Source: Candidatus Thorarchaeota archaeon
GTDB taxonomy: Archaea; Asgardarchaeota; Thorarchaeia; Thorarchaeales; Thorarchaeaceae
Length of the DNA: 29,309 bases
Reading direction: 5' to 3'
NCBI GenBank assembly: GCA_038893995.1
Contig: JAWAQK010000021.1
Span: forward strand, 8,401-37,709
This document shows, piece after piece, positions 1 to 8,714 of this stretch (position 1 is the stretch's first letter; every line of letters starts with the position of its first letter). The position numbers and the translations under genes were made by a program. The notes under the pieces were generated by a model. The model was given only the letters and a program-made list of their open reading frames with translations, was not told the DNA's origin and made no database searches.

Positions 1-488
1 ATCTGAACACAACGAAGTATCTCGATGTCATTCAGAGGAAGACAGCTGCGTTTGTCAGGGGAGCCGCACTGCTAGGAGCGATTGTGGGTGGCGGTACAGA
101 GGAACACTGCGAACAACTTGCCAAGTACGGAATGTGTCTTGGAATGGCCTTCCAACTCCGCGACGATGTCCTTGATCTGACCGCCCAGTCAAGCGAGCTT
201 GGCAAACCTGTCAGATCGGACTTGCGGAACAGGAGATGCACCTATCCCATACTCTACGCGCTACAGAACCTTCCCAGTGAGGAGAGATCAACCTGCATCA
301 GCGAGCTTCGGGCAGGCAACGTAAGACCATTGTTGGTGGCAATCGAGAGTACAGGAGCCATTCAGCGCACCACAGAACTGGGACAGGAGTACTGTGAGCA
401 GGCGAAGAGAGAGATCACCGGAATAGGGCTGGAGAACGAGACTATGTTGTGTGATCTTGCAGACTTTGCGGTCAATAGGACATTCTAG
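1..488 (+). CDS. Polyprenyl diphosphate synthase (trans-prenyltransferase), 5'-truncated by the window edge
   Basis: The frame is open from position 3 (LNTTKYLDVIQRKTAAF...). It has the KTA motif, the second aspartate-rich motif FQLRDDVLD, GKP..SDL...TYP and a C-terminal LADFAVNR. Confidence 0.93.
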   Translation, partial: LNTTKYLDVIQRKTAAFVRGAALLGAIVGGGTEEHCEQLAKYGMCLGMAFQLRDDVLDLTAQSSELGKPVRSDLRNRRCTYPILYALQNLPSEERSTCISELRAGNVRPLLVAIESTGAIQRTTELGQEYCEQAKREITGIGLENETMLCDLADFAVNRTF

Positions 489-803
489 AGGGTGTGGTCA
501 GGGACAGACGTCTCCAGAGTACCTTTTCCCGGCACGGCGTACAGCACGGTGACCCGTGAGCCATGCCGGTGACGTAATGCGCATCAGAGGATCGGGTCAT
601 CTCACTGCCTCGTCGGCATGGTCAGGACTGCCTCATCACTCGTCCCTGGGTGCATCTCCGGGAATGCCTCTCACATCAGACATGGCAGATCGACCCGCGA
701 TGGACGACTGGGGGCAGTTCAGCCCGTTTCGTGTCGTCTTGGATCATCTGGTCTGTCTTGCTGACCGTGTGTCGTCTGTCAATGGATGAACAGCAGGAGA
801 ATC

Positions 804-1007
804 CTAGGGAGGCCGGGTGTCTGGCATCGCCCTCGACGCGGGAACTCCGCCAATTCCCCAATGGGTCTTCGGAATCTCATGGACAATTACCTCGACAGCC
901 CGCTCTGGGATTCCCAGATCGACAAACACCCTGGTGATTCCCGAGATGATCTGTTCGACTGCGCGCTGTGAGACACCTTCCCACATCTTGACGTCGACCG
1001 TTGGCAT
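804..1007 (-). CDS. 4-oxalocrotonate tautomerase family protein
   Basis: 67 aa, starting Met-Pro (catalytic Pro1), with the family C-terminal pattern VEVIVHEIPKTHWGIGG. Confidence 0.9.
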   Translation of the reverse strand: MPTVDVKMWEGVSQRAVEQIISGITRVFVDLGIPERAVEVIVHEIPKTHWGIGGVPASRAMPDTRPP

Positions 1008-1087
1008 GAGATATCACTTCGGTCCCCGTGGATTAAACAGTTCTGATTCCGAGTGTCGACAACCGGTCAGCCAGGAGTGACAAGAGT

Positions 1088-1128
1088 CTTATATGTAAAG
1101 TCTACTTTACGTAAAGTGTAGTTTACAT
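1088..1128 (+). promoter_or_regulatory. TATA-like box followed by two abutting 16-bp palindromic operators (GTAAAG-N4-CTTTAC)
   Basis: CTTATAT at 1088-1094, GTAAAG-TCTA-CTTTAC at 1095-1110 (perfect arms), GTAAAG-TGTA-GTTTAC at 1111-1126 (one mismatch). Lies directly upstream of the XRE gene. Confidence 0.8.
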
Positions 1129-1141
1129 CGAGGTGTGTCTG

Positions 1142-1384
1142 ATGGTGGTCTTCAATCGAGTAAGGGAGATCCGTGAGCAGAAGATGCGCCAGTCCGGAGA
1201 ACCTGAGATATGGACTCAGGAAGGCGTGGCAAAGAGACTGGGGATCACACGTCAGACGCTGATCTCGATGGAGAAGGGGACCTACAACCCTTCGCTGGAA
1301 CTGGCACTGAAGATCGCACGTATCTTCGAGGTGCGAGTAGATGACATATTCGAGTTGAGGGATGACGAGAATGGAGCAAGATGA
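1142..1384 (+). CDS. XRE/Cro-family helix-turn-helix transcriptional regulator
   Basis: NRVREIR...WTQEGVAKRLGITRQTLISMEKGTYNPSLELALKIARIF is a typical XRE signature. ATG 1142 follows GAGGTG and is preferred over GTG 1133. Confidence 0.93.
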   Translation: MVVFNRVREIREQKMRQSGEPEIWTQEGVAKRLGITRQTLISMEKGTYNPSLELALKIARIFEVRVDDIFELRDDENGAR

Positions 1385-1730
1385 CATAATTCAAGTTGCT
1401 GGCGTCATGATGGTGGTACTGGCTCTCGCGGCCGCCTGGATCACCAACGCGTCTGGACTTGTAGGGTACGTGACCTCGTCGGTGGGGGCAGTCGGAGGAA
1501 CATTGCTCATACTCAGAGTCTACCGCAGGCACGAGGATGAAAGACTGAGACATATCCTCCTGCTATCAGCACGTAACAGTGCGCTCTTCGTGTTTCTCGC
1601 TCTACCACTGACGATGGGACTGCTGATCGCTCGATCTGGGATGTCAGAGGGCGTGGCTGCGATGTTCGTCCTGTGGATCCTCGCCCTCGCCGTCTATTAC
1701 CTGTCGACCATCTGCTACTACAGAAGATGA
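1371..1730 (+). CDS. Small four-TM membrane protein, DUF2178-like
   Basis: Four hydrophobic segments with a central DER motif (EDERLRHILLLSARNS). Overlaps the XRE stop. Start is 1362 or 1371. Confidence 0.72.
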   Translation: MEQDDIIQVAGVMMVVLALAAAWITNASGLVGYVTSSVGAVGGTLLILRVYRRHEDERLRHILLLSARNSALFVFLALPLTMGLLIARSGMSEGVAAMFVLWILALAVYYLSTICYYRR

Positions 1731-1867
1731 AACAGAACTGCCACTGTGGTGAGTCCTGCGGGGTGGGCTCTCTCAGAGACCGCACACCTCCACCAGACCC
1801 ATGGCCTTCAGTGTACTCGAGACTGGTGACTCGAGTCTGTGATCGAACGACCACATGATCGGTATGC

Positions 1868-3067
1868 CTACCTGAAGACAAGACTCAGTAGGCGGGGCAA
1901 GACATGGGCTCCAACTGCAACTAGGTATGGTAACCTGCACCGGATGAGCTCGCTCAGTCTACTAGACCCTGCCAGTCCCATGCAGATATCGGTGATACCG
2001 TCCGAGAACATGACATGGTCTGCGACCCTGAGGACACTGAGAGCAGACAGTAGCACATCTCCCATCTCCCGTCTCCAGGTGGACTCGTACTCCTCCAGAG
2101 GACGACCCTCCAGCAGATGCGTGCACACAGCCTCGCCGGCAATCTCTCCAGCTGCAAGTGCTGTCGGTATCCCACCACCATTTGACGCCATGACGTGACC
2201 CGCAGCATCACCCACAATCAGTGAGTTCGACGAACATGTTCTCCGTTTCGGACCCCCGACCGGGATGAGCGCCGATATGCGTCTGGAGATGGCTGCCCTA
2301 CCCGACTGACCCGGTCGGATGTTGTGTTTCACGAACCTCTCGAGGTATCTCCGCGGGGCCTGGTTCCGCGCGGCAAAGCACGGTCTCAGGCCCATTCCTA
2401 CGTTTGCCCTGTCGTCACCAGTTGGTATGATCCACGCGTAGCCGCCTGGAGCAATACCCCTGCCAAAGTACATCTCTGTCACGCTGGGGTCACACTCGAT
2501 GCCAGTCATCCGATATTGGACTGCCACCGACATGTCCCTGGAAGGGTTGTCGTATTCGCAGCCCATCGACCTTGCTACAGTAGATGCAGGTCCATCAGCA
2601 CCCACGACGACCCTCGCCCGCGTCTGCAAGATCTGACCCTGGACTCTGATGAACAGCGTGTTGTCAGGGGTGCGACTCAGGACAGTTGAGCCGAGCAACA
2701 CCTCCGCACCTGCGTCCTGAGCCAGTTCACAGAGATGTTGGTCGAACAGCATGCGGTCCACGACAACCGACTCCATCGGGAACTCAAATTGACGGCCCGT
2801 CGGCGAGACCAACCTGAGAGTCCGACAACGATTTCTGACGAATCGGGAAGGGACGTCACACAGACGGGCAGCACGGGGACACATGGGGAGAAGATCTCTG
2901 ATCTCGTCCGGAGTCGGGATGAACTCCCCACACTGGACTGGATGGCCGACCACGAGCCGCCTGTCGACCAGGAGCGTCCTGAGACCCGACGCGGCTGTGA
3001 CCCTCGCCGCAGTAGACCCCGCAGGCCCTGCACCGACCACGACGACGTCGTAGACCTCGTCCAACAT
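1868..3067 (-). CDS. Geranylgeranyl reductase family flavoprotein (DGGR-like)
   Basis: YDVVVVGAGPAGS FAD motif, PVQCGE, DRMLFD, VVGADG, APGGYAWIIP (PxxYxWxFP-like), ANVGMG, VGDAAG and GGGI. Confidence 0.94.
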   Translation of the reverse strand: MLDEVYDVVVVGAGPAGSTAARVTAASGLRTLLVDRRLVVGHPVQCGEFIPTPDEIRDLLPMCPRAARLCDVPSRFVRNRCRTLRLVSPTGRQFEFPMESVVVDRMLFDQHLCELAQDAGAEVLLGSTVLSRTPDNTLFIRVQGQILQTRARVVVGADGPASTVARSMGCEYDNPSRDMSVAVQYRMTGIECDPSVTEMYFGRGIAPGGYAWIIPTGDDRANVGMGLRPCFAARNQAPRRYLERFVKHNIRPGQSGRAAISRRISALIPVGGPKRRTCSSNSLIVGDAAGHVMASNGGGIPTALAAGEIAGEAVCTHLLEGRPLEEYESTWRREMGDVLLSALSVLRVADHVMFSDGITDICMGLAGSSRLSELIRCRLPYLVAVGAHVLPRLLSLVFR

Positions 3068-3127
3068 CTGTCAGATATACCGCCAAACAGATGTTTACTG
3101 TGAACCAGGTGAGTTAGAGGGGCTCGC

Positions 3128-3529
3128 TCAGAGCTCTCTCTCGACTGCACTCAGAGTGGCTCCGCAATATGGGCAGGCGACCTGTAGGGGTCCGACCCAG
3201 TCGACCTTCTCGGCGGGGAGGGAGGCTCCGCACCTACTGCAGAAGTTCGGGGGTACAAGGACGACCCGCCTGTGACCAGTAGATGCCGTCTGTGGACCCG
3301 GATGTGGGAAGCTCGTCTGACCCGTCGGTGGAGAGGCACCCCCCGATACGCTCTTGATAATCCCCGCGATGACTATGAGCAAGAATATTCCAATGAAGGC
3401 GGGCATGATCATAGAGAACGGCATGGGTGCTACCAAGGGGAAGGACGAGAAGAACCCGAAAATGATCACCACACCAAACAGCAGAACAATGCATGATACT
3501 GGGTCAGGACCGCTCGACTGACGTTCCAC
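3128..3529 (-). CDS. Two-TM membrane protein with C-terminal zinc ribbon (CSRC-x19-CPYC)
   Basis: 3' part of the 238-aa ORF. Probable start is GTG 3529 (MERQSSG...) after GGTGG. Two hydrophobic helices, a Pro/Ser/Thr linker and two CxxC knuckles. The upstream part of the ORF is GGR pseudogene sequence. Confidence 0.75.
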   Translation of the reverse strand: MERQSSGPDPVSCIVLLFGVVIIFGFFSSFPLVAPMPFSMIMPAFIGIFLLIVIAGIIKSVSGGASPPTGQTSFPHPGPQTASTGHRRVVLVPPNFCSRCGASLPAEKVDWVGPLQVACPYCGATLSAVEREL

Positions 3530-3609
3530 TGCGACCACCGCATTAATAGAGTAGTAAACCAAGATAAGGATTGGGAAGTTCCGCATCATGACACTGGTGC
3601 CATAGGAGG

Positions 3610-3965
3610 GGTGCTGGTCGATGAGCATGTGGCCCACCGCGATCGACCCCGTTGGAGACTTGAGCCGGCGACCCGTCGGCGATACCAGCCTGAGGGTGTC
3701 GCACCTGTTCCGCACGACATGTGGAGGGACACTGATAGAGGGATGGCCCGAGGACGTCGGGGAAGCCGGTCCCTGATCTAGCGGGGGTCGAGATGGACTC
3801 TTCATACCATATTGGATGCCTGACCACGAGCCGTCTGTCCACAAGAAGCGTCCTGAGCTCGGACCTGGCTGTCAGCCCTGCAGCAGTAGAACCCGCAGGT
3901 CTTGTACCCGACGCCACAACATCAGGGAGACCTGTCCGATAACTGTCGTATACACTGTCCAGTAA
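3610..3965 (-). pseudogene. Decayed copy of the 5' ~110 codons of the geranylgeranyl reductase gene
   Basis: Aligns with 2735-3067 (LLDSVYD..DVVASGTRPAGSTAA..LRTLLVDRRLVVRHP; VVRNRCDTLRLVSPTGR..HMLIDQH). Start codon lost, GAGPAG changed to GTRPAG, an 8-codon insertion, two 1-nt deletions near 3780 and 3735, and 3' truncation. Confidence 0.9.
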
Positions 3966-3998
3966 TGGCGTATCAGGCTGCATGACGTCAAGATTTGT

Positions 3999-4355
3999 TC
4001 AGAACTCGCGTCTCCCTGCGTTCACTGTGGCCCCACAGTATGGACAGGCGAGATGCAGGGTATCCACCCAGTCGACCTTGTCCGTCCTGAGGGGGGTGCT
4101 CCACCTGCTACAGAACTCCGGTGGTATCGCTAGCACCCGACCGTAGGCGGTAGTGATCGCCTGCACATGAGGGGCTTCAGCCGACAAATCGACTACTACC
4201 AGCTGCTCAAACCCGGAGTACTGCCGGATGATACGTGCCATAAGAAGACCGGCAAACAACAGGATGAGGAGCATGGGAACTAGCGATGCGAGAGGTGTGA
4301 TGCCGAATATCCCCACGCATGACGTGGAAGAACCAATGAACCCAATGACGAACAC
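3999..4355 (-). CDS. Diverged, possibly decaying paralog of the two-TM zinc-ribbon protein
   Basis: The C-terminal 47 aa are 26/47 identical to 3128-3529 by hand count (PP.FCSR...KVDWV..L..ACPYCGAT). The first knuckle is CSRW (TGC>TGG). There is no start codon at the homologous N-terminal position. Confidence 0.65.
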   Translation of the reverse strand: MFVIGFIGSSTSCVGIFGITPLASLVPMLLILLFAGLLMARIIRQYSGFEQLVVVDLSAEAPHVQAITTAYGRVLAIPPEFCSRWSTPLRTDKVDWVDTLHLACPYCGATVNAGRREF

Positions 4356-4590
4356 AAGGACTAGACACAGTGAAAGCCCGGATGGTTGAGAACAACTCTC
4401 GCAACCAGATTATGTACCATGTATGGCAAGAAACAGAGGTTTGCAAGCGTTGAGCCTTGGACGCACATGCGGAGCGGATGGTTGATGGGAGGAGTGTGTA
4501 TTGAGTCAACGATCTTCCACCGGCTGAGTCCTACGGGTCAGTACCAGACCGTGTCATGATCTAGGTCTTGTCATCCAGGGTCTCAGAGTC

Positions 4591-4611
4591 GATGTCGTTA
4601 TTAGTGACATC
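4591..4611 (+). promoter_or_regulatory. Palindrome centred on the probable mutS TATA-like box
   Basis: GATGTC-GTTATTAGT-GACATC, ending 21 nt before the mutS ATG. Confidence 0.5.
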
Positions 4612-4632
4612 TGCAGACCAGTCGAGAGACCC

Positions 4633-7242
4633 ATGGTCATGAAACACACACCGATGCAGCGGCAGTATCTGCAGCTCAAGAGACAATTTCCAGACTCGAT
4701 ACTGATGTTTCGCCTCGGAGACTTCTACGAGATGTTCAACGAGGACGCAGTCCAGGCAAGCAAGGTTCTCGACATCGTCCTCACATCCCGGGGAGAGGGA
4801 GTCGAGAGATGGCCAATGTGTGGAGTGCCATATCACGCGGTCGAGAGCTATGTCGCCAAGCTCCTGCAGGCTGGACTCACAGTTGCGATCGCAGACCAGC
4901 TTGAGGACCCGTCGCTCGCAAGGGGAATTGTCAAGAGAGACGTGGTGAGGGTGATCACGCCCGGCACGGTCATGGAGTCGACAATCCTCGAGGACTCCAA
5001 GAACAACTACCTTGCGGCGGTGGCCCTGCACGAGGAGACTACTGGCATTGCTGCGGTTGACATCTCTACAGGCGAGTTTCTGCTCACAGAGATCCGTGAA
5101 CCTCTAGACGGAGAATCCGTCGTGAACGAGGTTGCGAGGCTCGGACCGTCGGAGTTGCTACTGCCGGAGAGTCTGTACCGGTCTGGAAACTTCAGAGAGA
5201 CAGCAGAGGAGGTGGGAGCCAGGATCACGGTGCGGCCCGATGCTGACTTCTCAGTCACACGTGCCGAACAGCGTCTGAGGGACTACTACAGGGTCCTCAC
5301 CCTCGATGGCTTCGGTATCACTGAGCATCCTGTGGCGCTTGCCGCATCAGGGGCTATCCTCGAGTATCTACAGGAGGTCCAGCGGGGAAACACAGTCACC
5401 CTTGCCCACCCGCGCTACTACTCTGCAGACCAGTTCATGATACTGGACTCTATCACGCAGAGGAATCTTGAGTTGCTGAAAAACGCCAGAGACGGAACGA
5501 CGCGTGGTACACTGCTATCGGTGCTGTCTCGTACGCTCACACCCATGGGCAAGAGACTGCTGAAGCAGTGGATACTCCAGCCGCTACGTTCGATACCTGC
5601 AATTGAGAAGAGGCTCGACGCAGTGGAGGAGATGTCAAGAGATGCGACCATCCGACAGAGGTGTGAGGATGCCCTGAGGGCCATCGGCGACATCGAGAGG
5701 ACGACCAGTAGGATAACATTCGGGGCAGGAAACGCACGAGATCTACTTGCCCTCGCCGGCTATCTTGCCAGACTGCCGGACGTGAAACGTGCCATGGAGT
5801 CCTGCAGGAGCACTCTGCTGGTCGAGACACGGGATGCGATAGAGCCCCTTCAGGAACTTCACGATACGCTCAGGGCGGCTATCGTTGAAGACCCACCGGC
5901 GACCACTCGGGAGGGGAACATGATACGTCCTGGCTTTGACCGCGAGCTAGACGAACTGAAGATGTCGATATCCCAGGACAAGCAGTGGATAGCCTCGCTT
6001 CAGACTCGGGAGAGGCTCAGGACTGGAATCAAGTCACTGAGGGTTGGGTACAACAAGGTGTTCGGATACTACATAGAGGTGACCAAGCCAAACTTGAGCC
6101 AGGTCCCCGAGGATTACGAACGAAAGCAGACACTCGTCAATGCTGAGCGTTTTGTCACCCCGGAACTCAGAGAGAGAGAGGCCGCAGTACTTGCGGGAGA
6201 GGACAGAATAAACAGGCTGGAGTACGAGATCTTTGAGCGGCTCAGGACGATGGTCAGCAACTCGCTCGACCGGCTGCGCAGGAATGCTGGAGCAGTCGCA
6301 GTCGTCGACGTGATCAGGTCGCTCGCAGAGGTGGCTGTGGACAGGAGATACTGCCGACCCATCCTGACAGACAGGACCACCATACGCATCCGTGATGGCA
6401 GGCATCCCTCCCTCGAGGCCGTACTGGGTCAGAACGAGTTTGTCCCCAACAGCATAGAGTTTGGGAACGGTGGTCACACCCTCGTCATAGTCACCGGTCC
6501 GAATATGGCTGGCAAGAGCACGTTCATGAGGCAGGTCGCACTCATAGTCATTCTCGCCCAGATGGGCTCATTCGTCCCAGCAAGAGAGGCTGAGATAGGT
6601 ATTGTCGATAGGGTCTTCACGAGAGTGGGGGCCTTTGATGACCTGACCGCACGTCAGAGTACCTTCATGGTGGAGATGGTTGAGACAGCCAATATCCTCA
6701 ACAATGCCACAGACCGGAGTCTTGTCATACTGGATGAGATAGGCAGAGGAACATCGACCTACGACGGTATGGCCCTCGCATGGGCTGTCGCCGAACGGCT
6801 CGTCAAGATGAGATCGCGCACCCTGTTCGCCACACACTTTCACCAGCTCACACAGATGGCGGAGACACACCACGGCGTAAAGAACGTACACACACTAGCG
6901 CGTGAGACTGGTAACTCCATTGTCTTCCTTCACAGAGTCGTTGACGGAGGCACGGACAAGAGCTATGGAATACAGGTCGCAGCGCTTGCCGGGATGCCAA
7001 GTGAGGTCGTAGAGCGGGCGCGCAGCATGCTCAGCCAGCTTGAGTCAACCACGAGGCAGGGTATTCCATATGACGGGCAGACGATACAGCAGAGCACCCT
7101 CGACAGTCTCATTGTCGAGGATCCGATCGTGGAGAGGATCCGGTACCTTGACCTCGACCGCACCACCCCAATAGACGCGCTCCTGCTGTTGCGCGACCTG
7201 CAACGCGAGATAGCTGACAGAGAACGACAGGGCGGGACCTGA
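4633..7242 (+). CDS. mutS: DNA mismatch repair protein MutS (MutS1)
   Basis: HTPMQRQY, mismatch-binding GDFYEMF, PMCGVPYH, Walker A TGPNMAGKST, STFMVEM, Walker B DEIGRGTST, FATHF, SYGIQVA..AG. 869 aa. Confidence 0.99.
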   Translation: MVMKHTPMQRQYLQLKRQFPDSILMFRLGDFYEMFNEDAVQASKVLDIVLTSRGEGVERWPMCGVPYHAVESYVAKLLQAGLTVAIADQLEDPSLARGIVKRDVVRVITPGTVMESTILEDSKNNYLAAVALHEETTGIAAVDISTGEFLLTEIREPLDGESVVNEVARLGPSELLLPESLYRSGNFRETAEEVGARITVRPDADFSVTRAEQRLRDYYRVLTLDGFGITEHPVALAASGAILEYLQEVQRGNTVTLAHPRYYSADQFMILDSITQRNLELLKNARDGTTRGTLLSVLSRTLTPMGKRLLKQWILQPLRSIPAIEKRLDAVEEMSRDATIRQRCEDALRAIGDIERTTSRITFGAGNARDLLALAGYLARLPDVKRAMESCRSTLLVETRDAIEPLQELHDTLRAAIVEDPPATTREGNMIRPGFDRELDELKMSISQDKQWIASLQTRERLRTGIKSLRVGYNKVFGYYIEVTKPNLSQVPEDYERKQTLVNAERFVTPELREREAAVLAGEDRINRLEYEIFERLRTMVSNSLDRLRRNAGAVAVVDVIRSLAEVAVDRRYCRPILTDRTTIRIRDGRHPSLEAVLGQNEFVPNSIEFGNGGHTLVIVTGPNMAGKSTFMRQVALIVILAQMGSFVPAREAEIGIVDRVFTRVGAFDDLTARQSTFMVEMVETANILNNATDRSLVILDEIGRGTSTYDGMALAWAVAERLVKMRSRTLFATHFHQLTQMAETHHGVKNVHTLARETGNSIVFLHRVVDGGTDKSYGIQVAALAGMPSEVVERARSMLSQLESTTRQGIPYDGQTIQQSTLDSLIVEDPIVERIRYLDLDRTTPIDALLLLRDLQREIADRERQGGT

Positions 7243-7352
7243 ACTATGGACCGTCAGACATGTCGAGAAGACATGCTCCAAGAAGCTTATATGCGGCTGC
7301 CCGTGATGAGCCCATGCCTGACCCCACGGGACTCCCAAGAGCGTGTAGACAC

Positions 7353-8024
7353 ATGGGCGTGCTCATTGCTCCATCGATATTGTCGGCGAACTTTGCAAGG
7401 CTTGAGGATGATATCAGAGCCGCTGAGAGGGGAGGAGCGGACTTCTTCCACATAGATGTCATGGACGGCCACTTTGTCCCAAACATCTCCTTCGGGCCCA
7501 TAATCGCTCAGACCATGAGGAAGATAACTCAGGTCCCGCGAGATGCGCACCTGATGATCACTAATCCTGACAAGTACGTACCGGAGTTTGTGAACGCGGG
7601 GGTGGAACTGATCTATGTCCACGTGGAGGGCGCCTACGACGTCTTCAGGACAGTGCAACTGATCAACGAACTTGGAGCCAAGGCCGGAGTGACCCTCAAT
7701 CCCGGGACTCCCATCCAGTGTGCAGAGCCTCTGCTTGACGAGGTCGACTACGTCCTGGTGATGAGCGTATGCCCTGGTTTCGGCGGACAGGAGTTCCAGC
7801 CTGGAGCGATAAGGAAGATCGAGGCGCTCAGGTCGCTCATCGCAGAACACGGTGCTGACGTCAGGATAGCCGTTGACGGCGGAGTGAGCAAGGACAACAT
7901 ATCAGACCTGCGCAGGGCCGGAGCCAGTTTCTTCGTCGCAGGGTCGTCGGTGTTCAGGGCGCCGGACATAGCGGCAGCCGTTCGGGAGCTCAGGGAGGCA
8001 GCAATTAAGGAGGACATCAGATGA
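7353..8024 (+). CDS. rpe: Ribulose-phosphate 3-epimerase
   Basis: [53 protein letters not shown]. The family-length start is ATG 7353 rather than 7260. TATA-like CTTATAT at 7286-7292. Confidence 0.97.
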   Translation: MGVLIAPSILSANFARLEDDIRAAERGGADFFHIDVMDGHFVPNISFGPIIAQTMRKITQVPRDAHLMITNPDKYVPEFVNAGVELIYVHVEGAYDVFRTVQLINELGAKAGVTLNPGTPIQCAEPLLDEVDYVLVMSVCPGFGGQEFQPGAIRKIEALRSLIAEHGADVRIAVDGGVSKDNISDLRRAGASFFVAGSSVFRAPDIAAAVRELREAAIKEDIR

Positions 8025-8665
8025 AGATATTCATTGATAGTGCGAATGTAGAGGCCATCAGAGAGGCACACGAACGGGGAATGGTCGATGGAGTGACCAC
8101 AAATCCGACGTTGGTCGCAAAGGAGGGCCGTGACTTCAGAAAGATCGTCGAGGAGATCGCGTCGTTTGTCACAGGTCCGATCAGCCTCGAAGTGCTCAGC
8201 GACGACGCGGAGGGAATGGTCCGTGAGGCGAGAGAGCTGAACTCCTGGATTGACAATGCGGCCATCAAGATACCAATGACATGGGAGGGACTGAAGGCAG
8301 TGAGGGTCCTCTCAGGAGAGGACATCATGACCAATGTGACACTCTGTTTCAGCCCCAATCAGGCACTACTGGCTGCGAAGGCGGGGGCCACCTTCGTGTC
8401 ACCTTTCATAGGCAGGCTAGACGATGTCGGTCATGTCGGAATGAGCATAATAGAGGACATCCGAACGATATTCCTCAACTACGGGTTCGAGACTGAGATC
8501 ATAGTGGCTAGCGTCCGACATCCTGTTCACGTATATCAGGCTGCACTCATCGGTGCCGACATTGTGACCATGCCTCCGGATGTCCTCAACAAGATGATCC
8601 AGCATCCACTGACGGATGTTGGGATAGAGAGGTTCAAGAAGGACTGGGAGAAGGTGAGGAAGTAG
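8021..8665 (+). CDS. tal: Transaldolase (short TalC/FSA family)
   Basis: [15 protein letters not shown], Schiff-base Lys in IKIP, NVTLCFS..QA, ASVR. Glu in ISLEV and Phe in SPFIGR match the transaldolase rather than the FSA (Gln/Tyr) pattern. ATGA overlap with rpe. Confidence 0.95.
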   Translation: MKIFIDSANVEAIREAHERGMVDGVTTNPTLVAKEGRDFRKIVEEIASFVTGPISLEVLSDDAEGMVREARELNSWIDNAAIKIPMTWEGLKAVRVLSGEDIMTNVTLCFSPNQALLAAKAGATFVSPFIGRLDDVGHVGMSIIEDIRTIFLNYGFETEIIVASVRHPVHVYQAALIGADIVTMPPDVLNKMIQHPLTDVGIERFKKDWEKVRK

Positions 8666-8714
8666 ACCGGCCGAGTCCAAGTCTCATTAGGCAGTCAGAG
8701 GACGGAGGAACGAG

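Noticed and set aside
556-971. Plus-strand ORFs of 77, 95 and 61 aa, and the many antisense ORFs inside long genes
   Set aside because: They show no motifs or initiation signals and are expected shadow ORFs in GC-rich DNA.
1815-1836. Inverted repeat ACTCGAG-N8-CTCGAGT between convergent genes
   Set aside because: Each arm is itself a palindromic hexamer, there is no adjacent T-tract, and chance is likely.
2735-3965. Diversity-generating retroelement template/variable repeat pair
   Set aside because: The differences are not adenine-specific and include indels, divergence is high, and there is no reverse transcriptase in the window. Tandem duplication with decay fits better.
3128-3983. The 238-aa and 146-aa ORFs as real GGR fusion or programmed-frameshift proteins
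   Set aside because: They are out-of-register pieces of the GGR pseudogene with a destroyed FAD motif and two separate deletions. No slippery site is evident.
7260-7352. N-terminal extension of Rpe
   Set aside because: The family starts at about MGVLIAPS, and the extension overlaps a TATA-like box.
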